From assembly GCA_000320545.1 (NCBI GenBank), contig ADNK01000414.1, positions 12,052 through 76,051 on the forward strand: a stretch of DNA of 64,000 bases, given 5' to 3'. Positions within the stretch are counted from its first letter, which is position 1, and each line of letters begins with the position of its first letter. The stretch comes from Bigelowiella natans CCMP2755. Its lineage: Eukaryota; Protista; Cercozoa. Shown here piece by piece: positions 13,354 through 27,640 of the stretch. A model generated the notes under the pieces. The model saw only the letters and a program-made list of their open reading frames with translations. It was not told the DNA's origin and ran no database searches. The position numbers and the translations under genes were made by a program.

Positions 13354-15169
13354 ACCCGCCCCATTTCTCTACACATGTATGTATATAACATTGCAACTCC
13401 GACTAGTGACTTACTTAGCTGTGGTGATACTTCTAGGCCTTCCTTTAAGCACCGTAGACGTGCCCAATAGCTCGGCAGCAACCCCGTATAAACGCACCCC
13501 ATCAATGTCGTTGAAATATCGGCAATGCTCCCTAACATAAGAACGGCGAGTCTAAGATTGATTCATCATCGTCGTCATCATCGTTTCTCAGTCATCGTCT
13601 TCTTGTTCTTATACGCATTCTTACTACTCACCGGGCTTGGGTCGCATGACGAGGAACCACATGACAACCGCTGCAAAACCGAGGGGAAGGCCTAGCTGGT
13701 GCTGAAAAGGGAACTTGCACGCGCAGATGTACATTGCTGTCGTACACGATTATTATGATCAAGGTAGTAGTTGGGTTTCGTGAGGACGGCATGGATGATG
13801 ATGATGATGATGATAATGATGATGATGATGATGCTTTAAGGAGAAGAAAGTGAGCTGTGTAGTGCTAGTGTGCATGGACAGGTACGTTAACATATTGCGG
13901 AATCTTGAGATTGATTTTTCCAACAACTGGAGCGAAAACATAGGTTGTGTCTGTCTCGCGGTGATGCTCTCAGCACTCTCAAAGATCCTTGAAAAATGTT
14001 TTATGTACATTTACTAGTATAAATATATTGTGCACTACCTAGAGAAGCCACAAATGATATCCGGCGCGCCGGGTTCACTCCCGTCATCATCACTGTGTTG
14101 AAGTACCTGTGATAATTGTACAACGGGGAGGACTGAAATAAGATCAAACAAAACTGATTAATACGACGCAGTTGGTAGCTGATCATTTCACTAGATCTTG
14201 ATAGTGCGTTATTTTTAGTTTTCTGCTCTCTTTTTATTGATTAGAACGAACTCGTATTGCGCCATCATTGCCACTGTCACTAACACTGACGTGTACACCA
14301 AGTCTCCGGAGAAAATCACAGCCTGACAAAGGCGGTCGCAACGACAACGATAAGAAAAGGGTTTGCATATTAATGGAATAAAATCGGAGTGTAGAGAAGC
14401 GCATAACCAATATTAATCGAATCGTTTTAAGAATGTTTGTTACAGTATTAGGCTATTGCGAACGTATTTCACATTTTCCCTCAGATTGCTACAGGCACGT
14501 GTATAGCGACCGTTCCTGCAAAGGCGAGCAGCCAACCAGTCACAATCCTCTTGCTCAATTTCCGGACGCTCTTAGCCTCTTGCTGCGACGAAGACGGGGA
14601 AGGCGAGGGAAGGGATGGGGACGACGAGGAGGAGGGCACGCTGATGCCTCTGAGCGCATTGTGCAGGAGCGAAGGTGTCGAAGCCACAAGGTGCCTTGCA
14701 CTGAGTAAACCTCTGCCTCTACGACTGAGAAAGGACCCCATCTTTTGTTGATCTTGCCTAGAAACATGCGGGTTTTCGCTACCGAGGGTAGCTGTTGCGA
14801 TTGAGCAACAACGAGTTCGGTGTTTCTTCGGCTGGAATGCAGGCTGGGATGCAGAAGATGGTGAAAGCTGCGCGGCCAGCGCTGTAGCTGCAGAAAGCCT
14901 ATTTGTATTAGAATCATATACACATGTTACCTTGGAAAGTTATAGCTAGTAGTGAAACAGGGACACCTGCTGTGTTTGCTGGAATGAGATATTGGCCTTC
15001 GTAACAATGACGGGCTGCTCTGAGAGGAGGGTTGGAACCCCGGCTCTCTTTGGGGTCCCAGCTTTATGTTCAATGTTCCCTGTCGCTGTACCGCAATGGG
15101 TGATTGTGGAGCCGCGCCTCCTACTATGGCGAGAAGAGCGAAGAAGATCATGAGATAATGGGACACCAT
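11024..15169 (-). CDS. CDS: Phosphatidate cytidylyltransferase (CDP-diacylglycerol synthase), plastid type, with signal peptide + long transit-like leader
   Basis: Exons give MVSHYLMIFFALLAIVGGA (signal peptide), Ser/Arg-rich leader, KRIVTGW, SIADISTTLMGCVYTGLLPSYWARLR, SPNKTVEG, LLGDLMASMIKR^DAGVKDFGNCFPGHGGVLDRLDS^YIF (CTP_transf_1 signature). Exact start and last exon uncertain. Confidence 0.9.
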
Positions 15170-15416
15170 TCGCCGGTACCCCTCTTTGTTCCGGTTGTAT
15201 TTGTCGTTACTGAGACCATATGGGGATTTCCACGTTGCGACATCCTTCAAACGACCTGTTTTCCCTTTTCTTCCCTTCGGAAGCTTCCTGCAGGATAAAA
15301 GTCGCATATTTTATTTCCCAAACACAAAAATAAGAAAACAGGATTTTTTGTGGGCGAGCCGCAAAAAACCTGGCAGCAGCGCTTGTCGCAGGACGGTAAC
15401 TTTGTGCCAGTCAAGG

Positions 15417-16615
15417 ATGCGACTTCAACAACTAGCTTTCTGTTTCCACCGAAAATACGGCAAAAGTCCTGTGTCGCAGTATGTGCAACGCCCTTCCACA
15501 GTTGGCTTTTGTTGGGATGACGATGAAACGTCGTGTCTGCCTGCCCCACTGTCGCTGTTTCTCCAAGTGCTCGCATCCAGGAGCAACCGAAGTCCTCCAT
15601 CTTCACTGGCTCAATTGCGATCCCCCTCTCTCCTCTTCGACCACCACCGAGGTGCTCCTGGTTGCGAAGAGCTGCTCCTCCCTGTCTGCCTAGGGAGAGT
15701 GGTGATAGAGGATGCGCCGCAACAATCGCGTCAAACCGCTTGGGTCCTCTGACGCCTTTGGGCAAGATGATAGTGCTGATGCCAAAAGAAGGAGGCTTCA
15801 AAATGCGCCCTCGACGTAACTGATTCGCAATTAGGAAAATATTTTACATTAAATTTGATTGGGTTTTGATGAATGAAACAGAACGAATATAGGAAGTACG
15901 GATGAAATGAATCGTCCATCTCCAGAGGACATGATTCTTCCCACTCAGCCGAGACATGCAGGGAATCAAAGAGAACAGCAAATAAAAGAGTAAATATTAT
16001 TCCTTGTTCTAAGGGTATATCTGGCCTGACAAATGAACCGTCTATTATCTAAATTAAAGGCTGTCAGAGATGAGTGAGACCGTACCTGGAGCTTTCGGTG
16101 ATGAGGTGAGTTGCTAAACTCAGAATAACTTTACACATCTGAGCACTCACACACAGTGCTGTGAAAATATAGGACCCGAATAATACCCCTGGTGATACAG
16201 CTTCCTCGTTTGTCGACACACGTCGGGAGCGGAAACAATTGCCTGAGTATGTACTGCCAGCACACCAACCCCTCGTATTGTCCCCGACAGCCAAGAATAC
16301 TCTTGGGCGATGATGGTGCATGTCCGGGGAAGGGGGGGGATGAGGGGATAACAAGGACAATTAAGAGCAACATATGCAGCCGATTTTATTCCTTCTTTTC
16401 CCCAATATTAATAGATGGGCCCAAAGAAAAAATAACGACACAAAAGATAAAGCGGATCAAATTTTAGAAGAATATGGATTAGATAGCACAGACGCAGCGT
16501 CGTCGGGTTTAAAAGTTCCGCCGAAAAAAGGGAATCGTCTGAAGGAATTAGAGGATCTTGAAGATGACGGGGATGACATATTCGATGTAGTTTTTCTCCC
16601 CCCCCCTCTCTCTGA

Positions 16616-16650
<35 letters not shown>

Positions 16651-17066
16651 TTTGTGTTTGTGTGATTATCCGCTGTGTATGTTTGTTGTATCTGTTTGAA
16701 ACATCTTGTCTCGGTAGGAGGACGGAAAAGAGGGGAAAAGAGATTTCGTTCCGCCATTAAAACCTCTACGAAGAAACCAAAGAGGCTCCGTGCGAAGGTA
16801 TAAATTATTACAACGCTCTCGCCATCCGTACTGTACATGACGAAGAGGAAATGCCGAGAAGTTAATGTCAAACTTCTGCACCGCCATCATCGTTACCATC
16901 ATTACCAGCGACAGAGGGTTGCATTTTTCGTAAAGTAGTGAAGTCGTCATTAGTAATCGTCCCACAACTACTACTACTCTACACAGGCTTCCGAAGCTGG
17001 GCATGTCAAAAGTTGATCCATCTCAACAGCTCAGCGTGCAACCAATAGCTACAGCCAGAGTATATC

Positions 17067-17116
<50 letters not shown>

Positions 17117-18441
17117 TCTATATGTGTGTGTGTGTTATTCTGAAATGTAAGATGTGATTGCATGATTGGCGCTTTCAAAAAATGCCAGGCCGAGAGTCAG
17201 GTGGACAGCATTATGGACATAAATAAACAAGCAAGCGCCCCAAAAGAGGCTCTTAAGCTCAAAATATTTCGTGCAATGGGTTTAAAGATTCCGGAACTAC
17301 CCCCTCCCTTGGATAAAAGAGCACCACACGCGTATGTGACTATTGGCTTGCAGCCGCATTCGGCCTTCGTGGTAGCATCGACATATTACTTAAGTATTCC
17401 AAATATCGCCAAGTACCACAATGTTTTCACTGACTTCCGAATGCAATGAATAATTTAAACAATTGATAAATTACAATCAGCCAAAGATTCTTGCCACTCA
17501 ACCCATTCGTCTCGGTGAGCAATAGATGACGACGAGAAATTTATCAAAACTAAAAATTGTCCGATCAACGGGGACGTTCTGTAACCCTGACATTGCCTCA
17601 CAAAAACGCATCAGGGGCGATGAAAAAGAAGGACACATTCAGGGCACACGTTATCGATCTTACCCATGATGATCTCAAAGGTACTACGAAGGAGAGAATG
17701 TTGTCAATGAATCAAACGAGGCTAGTTTCATTCCAGAATATCAATTGACTCGATCAATTGCTCTAAAAAATATTCACATCCTTCTTGCCGCGGCAAATAA
17801 TTGGCAGGTTTCATCGAATTTCGGTTGTACATGAAAGATCCCTTCGGAGGCGAAGATGTGATGCTGGGTACGCCGCCCGCAAATGATTCTAAGGACTCTG
17901 AATGCATTCTCCATGCCTGCCCGTTTTCATTGCTCTGTTTCTCATTTTCTTCTACTGTTCTTGGCTATTAAAAAAACGGATTTTTCCCCAAGCCACAATG
18001 GGAAATGACATGCTTAGTGACACCCTGAGCGAAGAATATGTATCATTGGATCTCATAGTGGTGGAAACTGAGTGTAGTTGTTGTGATCTGCAGGCCGATG
18101 CGAAATATCCCCTCTAGAGTCTCTTAGGAGTATGAAGACAAGCGCCAGAGGACTCTCACTCGATCCTCAAGGGGTAAATAAATAAGAGATGAGATTAGCG
18201 CGTATGTTGAACAATAACAGAAAGGAAGAGCTAAGTACTATATCACGCAGGAGAGGAGTTGAGAAAGAGTAGTAATAGTCCATTGCGAATTTTGACAGCA
18301 GAGGGTTTAATTTATCATTATTGTTTTGTATAAATACCGGATGCTACGACATTGATATGTGCTGGCGTTACAATTCCTACTTTGACCTCGAAAAGGTAAT
18401 AATCGTCTCGACGGAGCTTTCGGCTGGAAGTTGGAGGTTTG

Positions 18442-18496
<55 letters not shown>

Positions 18497-21400
18497 ATTT
18501 AGGGGAGAGAGAGAGGGAGGGTAGATTAATGTATGGATAAATATGTTGTATATGTTTTGTGCTCTATTGATCATCCGGTGGTGAAGAGATGGTGTATTTA
18601 TTTGCTACCATTTAGTTGGGCTGGAGCAAATCTCATGGATCTCGAGCAAACAACGAAGATGATAGACGAGTACACGAATAAGGTTGCACGACGAGATTTG
18701 CCATGATACCTCTGCTTAATACCAATCTGTTATCCAGTCCGCCGGAACCGTAGAAAGCACCCGCATCGTGCATCCAGAAGCGAAGGAAGAGGAAGAAGCG
18801 TAATTCCATCTTTTCTCAAAAAAATACTTGGAACAAGATCACATATCTCGTCCAACATTGATATCAAGCTCCTAAATCTTACATCCCTATATTGAACATA
18901 GGAACTTGTACTCAAAAAATGCAACTGAATCATTTTTATGACTCTGAACTGGTGAAAATTAAGCGTCTGTCTACTGACTTACAGGTGGAAAGAAGAGGAG
19001 AAATGGCTGACCTCAGAGGGGTTGGAACTTGGTATGATCCATGTTGAGGATGTTATCAAGGTTTGTTCCAACCAAATTTTAGACTCATGAGACTTTGAGA
19101 GAAAGAGAATCATTTTCGTTCTGCGAGATCGCGGTACGCTCCAGACGTGTATTGCCTTTCGTCGTCGGCCTCTTCTCTTTCTTTCAGTTGTCCCGTTTCT
19201 TTTTTTAAATTCACCGGTTCGCCACAATTCTATTTTTCATTTTGTTTCTTGAAATGGGCGGCATGAGATAGTTCCACATGGATTTTGTGGGCATTCCATC
19301 TTATTTTTCGGCTTGAATATCGTCTCTGCTTTCAATGAAACCATCGTGATTGAACAGGAGCATAAAAAAATGACGGAGGAGCGGCTAACCCAAGTCTCGA
19401 GGGAAGTAGTTCAGCAGCACAACATCTACGAACGCCTTGCTGAGGAAGAAGAGGTGTGAAAAACAGCATACGTCATTCATGGATATGCTTGATGAGTGGG
19501 GGGGAGAGATTATATGGTGTTTCTTCAACTTATATGGTTTTCTCAGTTGGCTCAGCGCAGAGTTGTCGCGACGAGGGATGGTAACCGTGAAATCCTTGAA
19601 GCGAGGGAAGCTGGATTGGTATCTATTGAGAAACAGATAAATGAAAACAATTTGTCTCTCACGAAATATCTCCCCACCCCTCTTCCCCCAGATTGAAACA
19701 GTCTCCATGAGAGCCAAAAAATCACAACAGCACCAGCGCCGAGTCATGAACTCCCTCGAGAACGACGTGAGGGAGGTAAACAACCCGACGAAATAATGTC
19801 TTGGTCTTAGTCTCCGACGACGTTGGGTTGTTCTTAATGTTGTACATAATTTATCATTAGGCGGGTGGTGTGATTGAAGGAGGATGGAAGCATAACAGGC
19901 AATCGGACAACGTTATTCAGGTAACATTTGTTGTGTGCTACAAACAAGCAAAAGCGTCTTTTTCTTCCTGACCATTGACAAATGCCGCCGGTATATATTT
20001 TAGTCGAAACGTCAGCTGTTCAACGCCAAGGGGAATATGGATATACCAAGTATAATTGCACACACGCGCGTCAGCACACCAGACAAATAGACCGTATTTG
20101 ACTGTAACAATTTGTGCTGTGACATCATAATGTATTCCCTTCATTTTCTGCCCTTCACCACCAGGGGTTCGTTGGTTCCGGGCTCAATGGGAGGGCGCAC
20201 CGACTGTTCTTACAATACGTATCGATGAGCTAAGAGCTGTTAAAGATAAGGTAAATCTCACCGCGCAATGATTGTAATGATGCCACAAGCATGAGTCTTC
20301 GCATATTTTCTCCTACTCTAGCTCTTCCCAGGGAGACTCGTGATGATGGTGACGCTGTGGGATCGGTAAGTGGAAGCAGAAGTCCTGCATGCTCCCAGAG
20401 ATCGATGAACTCTCTCAAAGAGTTCATGCCCTTCATCTCAGCACGCAATGAAAATTTGTGATATTATCACCTATAATCTCCTTTGCAACAACGCGAGGCG
20501 CAAAGCTGGCGAACTGATGGAAATCGGCCGTTGTTGTTTTTCGTTCAGACTGGGAGGCAAGCCTAGAAAATACACCGGACCAACATTTAAGGGCAGGCTC
20601 TGGTCCGGGGTATTATTGCGTGATAGATTGAACACTAATGTCGCATAGCAGGAGAGTTTTCATCGTGAGAGGAATATGTTGTCATCGTTCCGGAATCGTA
20701 GCGATCACTCAGCGAAGAACCGGGGAGATAGTAATCCAGATGCATATCCGATCTCCATACCCCTTCTTCTTAACTTTCAAACACTTCATTTTGCGCCATT
20801 TCTGCTACCAAAGGTGACACCGAAGCCTGTTCGTCATCAAGGGCGATTCCATGATCAATGTGTCACGTTTGGACAAAAGGGCAATGAGGTACTTTTTATG
20901 GTTATGTGTACTAGTTCGTCGCATTGAGCGTGTCTTTGGTGTTTTCCATGAAAAATAGGCAGAGTAAATCTGTCAATATTCGAGTTCAAACCTAAATTTG
21001 CTATTGTTTGGACGTATCTACCCAGGTTTTTGTTGCAGTTCCTCCAAGAATACACGCCAACATTGAAATGGTGTTGACCTTCGAGTTGATTCAACTTCGT
21101 GGAATTCGTCAGAAGGTACCATCTCGTCAAAAACTGTTACAAAACAAATGAAATTGCGACATGCAAGAACACCCTGCCTGGTTTTGAGATATTCGAGAGG
21201 GCCCCGTGAAAGTTTTCGGCTTGTATATTGTATACACTCAAAACGTTTGATTTCAGGTTGATAAATGTGTTGCGTGGGGGACATTCCCAGCATTTTGCTC
21301 CAATTTTGAGCCAATTGACGGGCGTTTCAAGGTATGAATTACATGCGGGTATCATATTGGTATCATATTCTGCAAGTATTTGACACATTAATTTACTTTG

Positions 21401-23179
21401 GCGTTCTTGATTGTAAATGTTTTTCGCAATGTTTTGGTCAGATGCCCCTGTTTCGCGGGGAGGTTGATATGCACGTTGACCGGCACCAGATGTTAGAAGA
21501 ACGCATACAAAAAGTACAGCAGATTTCAAAAGGATGCCATGATCGCATAAATGATACACTGAGCAGTTCTAAAACCATCGATTACTACTTTGTCCTACAG
21601 GATCTGGACAGCTGGCTATGTAACTGCTACTTTTCCTGTCGTCGTATCTCTCAGTTTGATGGAATGGTCGTTCACAAATCAGCAGCCCACACTATCACCA
21701 CAAGCACTTAGAAGTCTCGAATTTTATGTTGCTTCTTTCTCTTGGAAAAGCGGAATATTGACCGAAGTATTATGCTCGATGTTTGCTACAGATAGAGGAA
21801 ACTGTCGAGATTGAGGAGGTAGTTGACATGAATAACCCAAATCATATTCTGCGAAGATGTTCAGGAGAAAGAAGAACTAATTTACGACACGAACCTGTCG
21901 TAGGTGAAAGACGTACCAAATTATAAGAAGTCGCAGGCTCTTGACATGCTATCAAGGAGCGAGAGCGCGGCCGATGAAGTAAATGAGGTTGTTCCATGAT
22001 GATCACGTGTACAATGTTTTTAGCTCTTTCATTCGATCTGATTTATATGCCACCAATCTTGGCCAGCTTCTTCAAGCTGGGGCACAGCTCGCAGAAAAAA
22101 AGAAGATAAAGGATGGTAAATACCAAAGAATGCTCCATTCACTTTTGAAGCATCTCATTCATTCCTGAGCAATGCCTATGTTCTCAGGGGACAATATCAC
22201 AAGTGCCAAAAATCAGGATGACACGAAGGTGTATTCTACTCATGATTTTCATTATTATTAATATTATTATTATTATTATTGTAAAGTTTGAAGCAGCAGC
22301 ACCATTCACAATGACGAAAGTTCATGATTTGCACGGCATAACCACATTAAATCAACACTCTACAGCACTTCAGAGCTGGCGGAATGCTAGATGAGAATTC
22401 AGAGAACGAACCGGAAGGTAACCAGAATTTAGAAAAGAGTACAAATGTTTTCTTTCGTTGGCTTGTTGCACCTCATTTCAAGCTATACTTTTAGGAAAGA
22501 ATTTATTGAAGTTCCAGCTTGACGAAAAGAATGCTCCGCCGTCGGATAAGCAACTGAAGCAAGACAACGATTTCGGTATGACTTCGATGGTGAAATATCA
22601 ACTGGACGTTGTTGGGGTGGGAGAGGGATTGCGCAATTTACTATCTGCTCGTTGTGGATTTTGAAGTAGCGTTGCGTTTTTACTCCCGCAGACAACGCTG
22701 GAGAAGAAGCACGTCTGAATCAATCGGTCCGAAGACGCCGCGCAGAAAATACTCTAGTTTGCTTCGTTTCTAATTTCTCGCGCATCTATTGAGGCCTCTC
22801 CCCCCACCCCCCTATGTCAAAATAGCAGATACAATCTGAGAGCGAATATGAGGAAGAGGAAACGTCAAAGGTTTGTCGTAACCATTGGCATTGGTTTTTT
22901 TGCGTCTGCTTGTCCTTATCTTGGTGTGGCACGTGTACCATGAGCTCCTTTCTAAAAGGGTATAACATCACTCTCCCGTTGTTCATTTATAGCTTGCTTC
23001 TCCTGAGGAGGTGGAACTACCATTGCTAAGGCTTGTGAGAGGTAGTACGGTGTAATCGTTTAATTCCGAATAATCCAGCCAATAAGCATGACGTGCTTCA
23101 TCAGGGAAGACCCGTTATGTAACCGTGGAATCGTACAGGAGAGCAGTAGATGTACAAAAGGAAATACAAATGAGGTAAC

Positions 23180-23211
<32 letters not shown>

Positions 23212-24017
23212 CGATGTATCACAAGAAAAGAAGTAGTAGTTGTGTAAAGAAGAGCGGCAAACATGTAGTGTTTCAATCAACCTCGACTTTCTCAGAGAAA
23301 AATTCGAGCATCCGCTCGGCCTTGCAGAGGGAAGTACACGCATTACAAACGGGGTAAGTTTCGACTGCGCGATCCATCCTATTTTCGTGCCGCAGTGTAG
23401 TGCCAATGATTGCATGAGCAACCGGATTTCTATTACAAGGCGCTTAAAATTAGCAGTTCATTCTCGCGCGAGAAATTTACATCATGAGTACGTTTGGTGG
23501 AGTCGTTGGACTGTGTGTGCTGTTGTGGTTGCTCCGAGTAAATCATTTGAATCTGATGCCCCTCCTCAGCAATACTACGCAGAGAAGAAATCCTACAAGG
23601 CGAGTGTGAGGTAAGTTATGCAGTTTATTCATAAGACGGTATATTTCTTATGATGGGTTGTCTTCGCGTTCTTCGTAGGAGAGTTGATCAAACCGAGTCT
23701 GCAGTAAAAACCAAGATGCTCTATCAGGCATTCTGGCAGGATCTTCGTTTCAAGGAAGGTGTGTGTGTGTGTGTGTGTGTATTTTCAAATCTGGGAAAAT
23801 AATTTGTGGGCGAAGTTTTATGCAATTTGAATTGGGAAGTTGGTGACAATTTGTACCGCCCTGTGCTTTTTACACAGGTGGAAGCTTGAGAGAGCATATA
23901 GGTCACGCCACACAGGACGAATTTTAATTCTACCGAAAAAAAGAATTAGCACAAACGCCACATTTAAACACGCGCGTGCGCGCGTACACACACACATAGG
24001 CACACACACCGATACAT

Positions 24018-24068
<51 letters not shown>

Positions 24069-24171
24069 GCGCAGGGTATATTCTCCTTTGGGTGGGGTTA
24101 CTCTGGGCACGAATCTATATTCATTACGGAGGGCAGCTGTTATACTTAATGGCGCTTCAAGTTAGGTGAGA

Positions 24172-24204
<33 letters not shown>

Positions 24205-25409
24205 GTCATGATGGCGGCAACGAGGCCACAAATAACTTTCTGGATGCGAATAATGAAAATAAGCGCATATCTTCTGCACTCTTGACGGATGATTTCCTAT
24301 CTTGAATAGCATCTACACCAAGGATTTTCTCGTTTACTCTGTACGGCTGACGTACAACAGAGACATCATGCTCCCAATACATTTCTGTGGGATAGTAATC
24401 GTCGGGTAGGTTGATCGTATGCTTCGAATCTAGTTGTAGATATACCTTGCTACTTTTACCCGATATAACTCGTGTACGCTGTGAGACTGTAGCCGTCGCT
24501 TCCTCTACAAACTTGAGCTAAAACGGTGATTTTTATTCTAAGCTGGGGCGCGAATATATTTCTCTTCGGAATGGTATTGTTGGCAATGCTTTTGACCAAG
24601 GTAGAGCAAGTCACGAACCTTGTCTTTCTGCAGAGAGGCTTGATGTTGTGCGCGCATCTGAGTATCTTGGTACCACTAAAAAACACTAACATTGTGTTTC
24701 ACATTGCAGTGGCTGATCGGATTTTATCCGGATTGGATATCGGACGTCATGATCGTATATGGTACGGTGTAGTTGAGAACGTATTGACGCAAACACTCTT
24801 TTCCAATCTTCAGCTGTCGCTTTATTAATTGCAAAATTAGCTTGTGAACGTGGAGTACCCCTATTCCATAATCATACCTGAGAGATTTCTATCGGCAATA
24901 CAACCGCAGGCATTGTCATGCTAGTGGATCCCCTTCTAATTGCGGGAGTCGATGTTTTAAACGGCAACACCAAATACGGTAAAATTCCATCAGCTTTATA
25001 CCGTTCATCTTCTGAACTGCCTTTACCGTGAAATTTAACCAATATAGGGGATGCTTTCTTACTGTACACGTACTACGTGGACCTTGAGGTAATCATGGTT
25101 ATTTCTTCAATTAATATGCGATTTTTCTAGTGAAGACCGATGGGGTGTGTGTCGAGGTTTCACGTTTATAAATCCTCAGGGAAATGGCCTTCAAGGAATA
25201 TTCATCACAGTCATCTGTTACGCAATAGAAATTGTTTTCGCTTTAGGTTCCCTAAATTCATTACACATACCTTAACTTCTTGATAACAAGAATTCGAAAC
25301 CGATGATTCTCTTCCTGCAACACATTTCATTACCACGTCTTCAGTATCACGCCAATATTCATCTACATTTGTCACACACACACACACATTATGTGTGTGT
25401 ATATATATA

Positions 25410-25446
<37 letters not shown>

Positions 25447-26703
25447 TGTTGGATACAATCTTCCGATTCCAAAATGTTACTCGAGTTAAACAATTCTTCG
25501 GTGGAGAGCACAATGTCACTCACCAGTTTTTCTGTCCTTCCTACATAACAGCTTTATTTTATTACTACATCGTCTTTGCGCACAAGGTACATAGCTCAAT
25601 CTCATTCGTATAAACCAAAGATATTAACCCGTCTGAACATGCTCCAACTTAAACCAGCATTTTCATGCCTATCTATCGTCGAAACTGTCTGTCATAAGCG
25701 CGCAAGTAATACGATGTGTGATGACCAACACAGGCGGGGCGGATATTGGACATATACAATCGGATCTGCAGACAAGAGCACCAAATATTTTTCCCTCTTG
25801 ATCTCGAAGTAAGTGAGAGCGAGACGATGACCAGTCATTGAAAAACCAGGGCCATTGAGTTGTACATTTGTAGTGGCATCATTGAAGAAGCAGTTGTGTC
25901 ATCTCTTATTCCACGTATTGCCAGTTGCTACAATTTTTCTAGTCATTTGTTTTTCATGAGGATACATGCACATGGGATTTGTATAATTCGGATATGTTTC
26001 ACTAATTTTGGGTGGTGGGTGGCATGTATCTAGGTCTCTCTTCGTACACTCCGACGGGTCACTGGGAAAGCCGAAAAATATACAAGCGCGGATGGAACGG
26101 TCATTTTCTGTCTTGTTTGATGAAATATCAATATCGTTTTATTGGCGTAGGGTGCGCACGTGTGAGATGCATGTTTATTGCTAAATGATGGTTCAAATGC
26201 TCTCAGGTGCGGAAGATATTCTCTAGCAAATATGAGGTACTTCTTCATCTCAATTGATTGAATATACGGATAATGCTGACCAAATTATGTATACAGATCC
26301 ATGATCATTTGCACTGGAATAAAAGACGGACGATGTTCCACGTATGACCTCCAAGCATCTCTATTCCATTGACTTGAATCCATTTTTTTAAATTTCCAGC
26401 TCGTATTTTCATATTCTTCATGTAAACTTTGAACAGGTGGCCATCTTCAATGTAAGTTTAGAAGGAGAAAGAACTCTACATCGGCACTTCATCCGCAATC
26501 ACAGTGGTTGTGTCGTGGAAATATTCGATCGGATCCATAGTTGTCACAAAGCATGGACTCACATTTTCAATGAAGAATTTAGCAAAAGGCGGAATCTTTT
26601 GCAACGCGGAACTAGACGGAAGCACCAAACGCTGGGCCACATCATGGAGGGAGATGAAAAAGAACAGAAAAAAGATTCGCTACAAATCATTGTTTCGTCT
26701 TAG
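15417..26703 (+). CDS. Large multi-exon multi-pass membrane protein, OFCC1/ojoplano-like (start provisional, somewhere 15417-15767)
   Basis: Consecutive + strand exons: coiled-coil N-terminal part; WEGAPTVLTIRIDELRAVKDK^LFPGRLVMMVTLWDR^LGGKP; PVRHQGRFHD; TM exons WARIYIHYGGQLLYL, GANIFLFGMVLLAMLL and LVDPLLIAGVD; GDAFLLYTYY; GRILDIYNRI..IFFPLDLEVS; RTLHRHFIRNHSGCVVEIF. Family assignment is from remembered OFCC1 motifs, not a search. Confidence 0.65.
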
Positions 26704-27640
26704 TCTTTCACGTCATGCAACCTGCAAGTTCATCGGATGGTGTGGGATTGCGTGCAAGTCAGGTGCAAAACAATGCAACAAATCCAAGATTCGCCTCAAG
26801 CTGCGTGAATGAATGAAGATGGAGCATGTTGTACATCGACCTCTGCATGCTGCCACAAACTGCAGATTGCTGAATGGCGATGCTCTTGCATGTGTTGGCG
26901 TTGAGTGCATCGCGTGCATCGACCATTGCTGCATGGCACGTGAACTGCAGCTGGTGTGCACGGGTGCAGTGCTGCTGCGCTTGCACGTATGTGTGGCTCT
27001 GATGATTGCATCCGATCCGGTCTGCCTTTCGATTCGTTTGCAAACTGGTCCTGCACAGCATCGCGGAAGCCACAAGTAGCAAGTGCCACTGAAGCTCTTG
27101 TCCACCTCTACAACGCGAACACGCGCGGTAAACAACAAGCTTGGAACTGGACGAAATTGGGTACGTGCTGCGTCTGAGTCCGACCTCAAACCTGGCAAGC
27201 GTGTGACAGCTTGATTGCACGTAGAGGGGCGGGAACGCACGACGCTAGCCAGCACGTTGCCTCGATCGCATGAGCTTGCAGGTCATCCATTTTGTGCCCT
27301 CTGTGGCCTGCAGATCGATATACGAATCTCCTCGTCAGTCAACGGCCCTGCTAGCCTGCTAGCCTGCACCAGCAGTTGGAAAAGAATTTGAATTGAACTG
27401 CATGAATTGTCATCGTGTTCGTTCAGACATTCCAACAAAATGTGAATGAATGAATGAATCACTTCTAATGCTTGAATCGGAAGGATACGATCATCAGACG
27501 TGCCAACTGAACCAGTCTAGCAGTGCACAATGCAAGCGCTGCTGACAAGCTGGAGCACCTCAACCGGCGGTGAAAGAAAGAAAGGAACTTGATGAAGGAC
27601 TACATTGCTAGCATTGGTGAGCAGAACATGCAGGAACAAG
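26704..27640. other. TpA-depleted, TGCA-rich degenerate coding-like segment (possible decayed mobile element or pseudogene)
   Basis: By hand about 8 TA and about 20 TGCA in 26704-27300; broken reading frames unusually rich in Cys/His; no recognisable domain. Confidence 0.5.

Noticed and set aside
21137-21559. 140-aa minus-strand ORF with a signal-peptide-like start
   Set aside because: Lies antisense within the exon chain of the OFCC1-like gene, starts at a non-ATG codon, and has no domain evidence.
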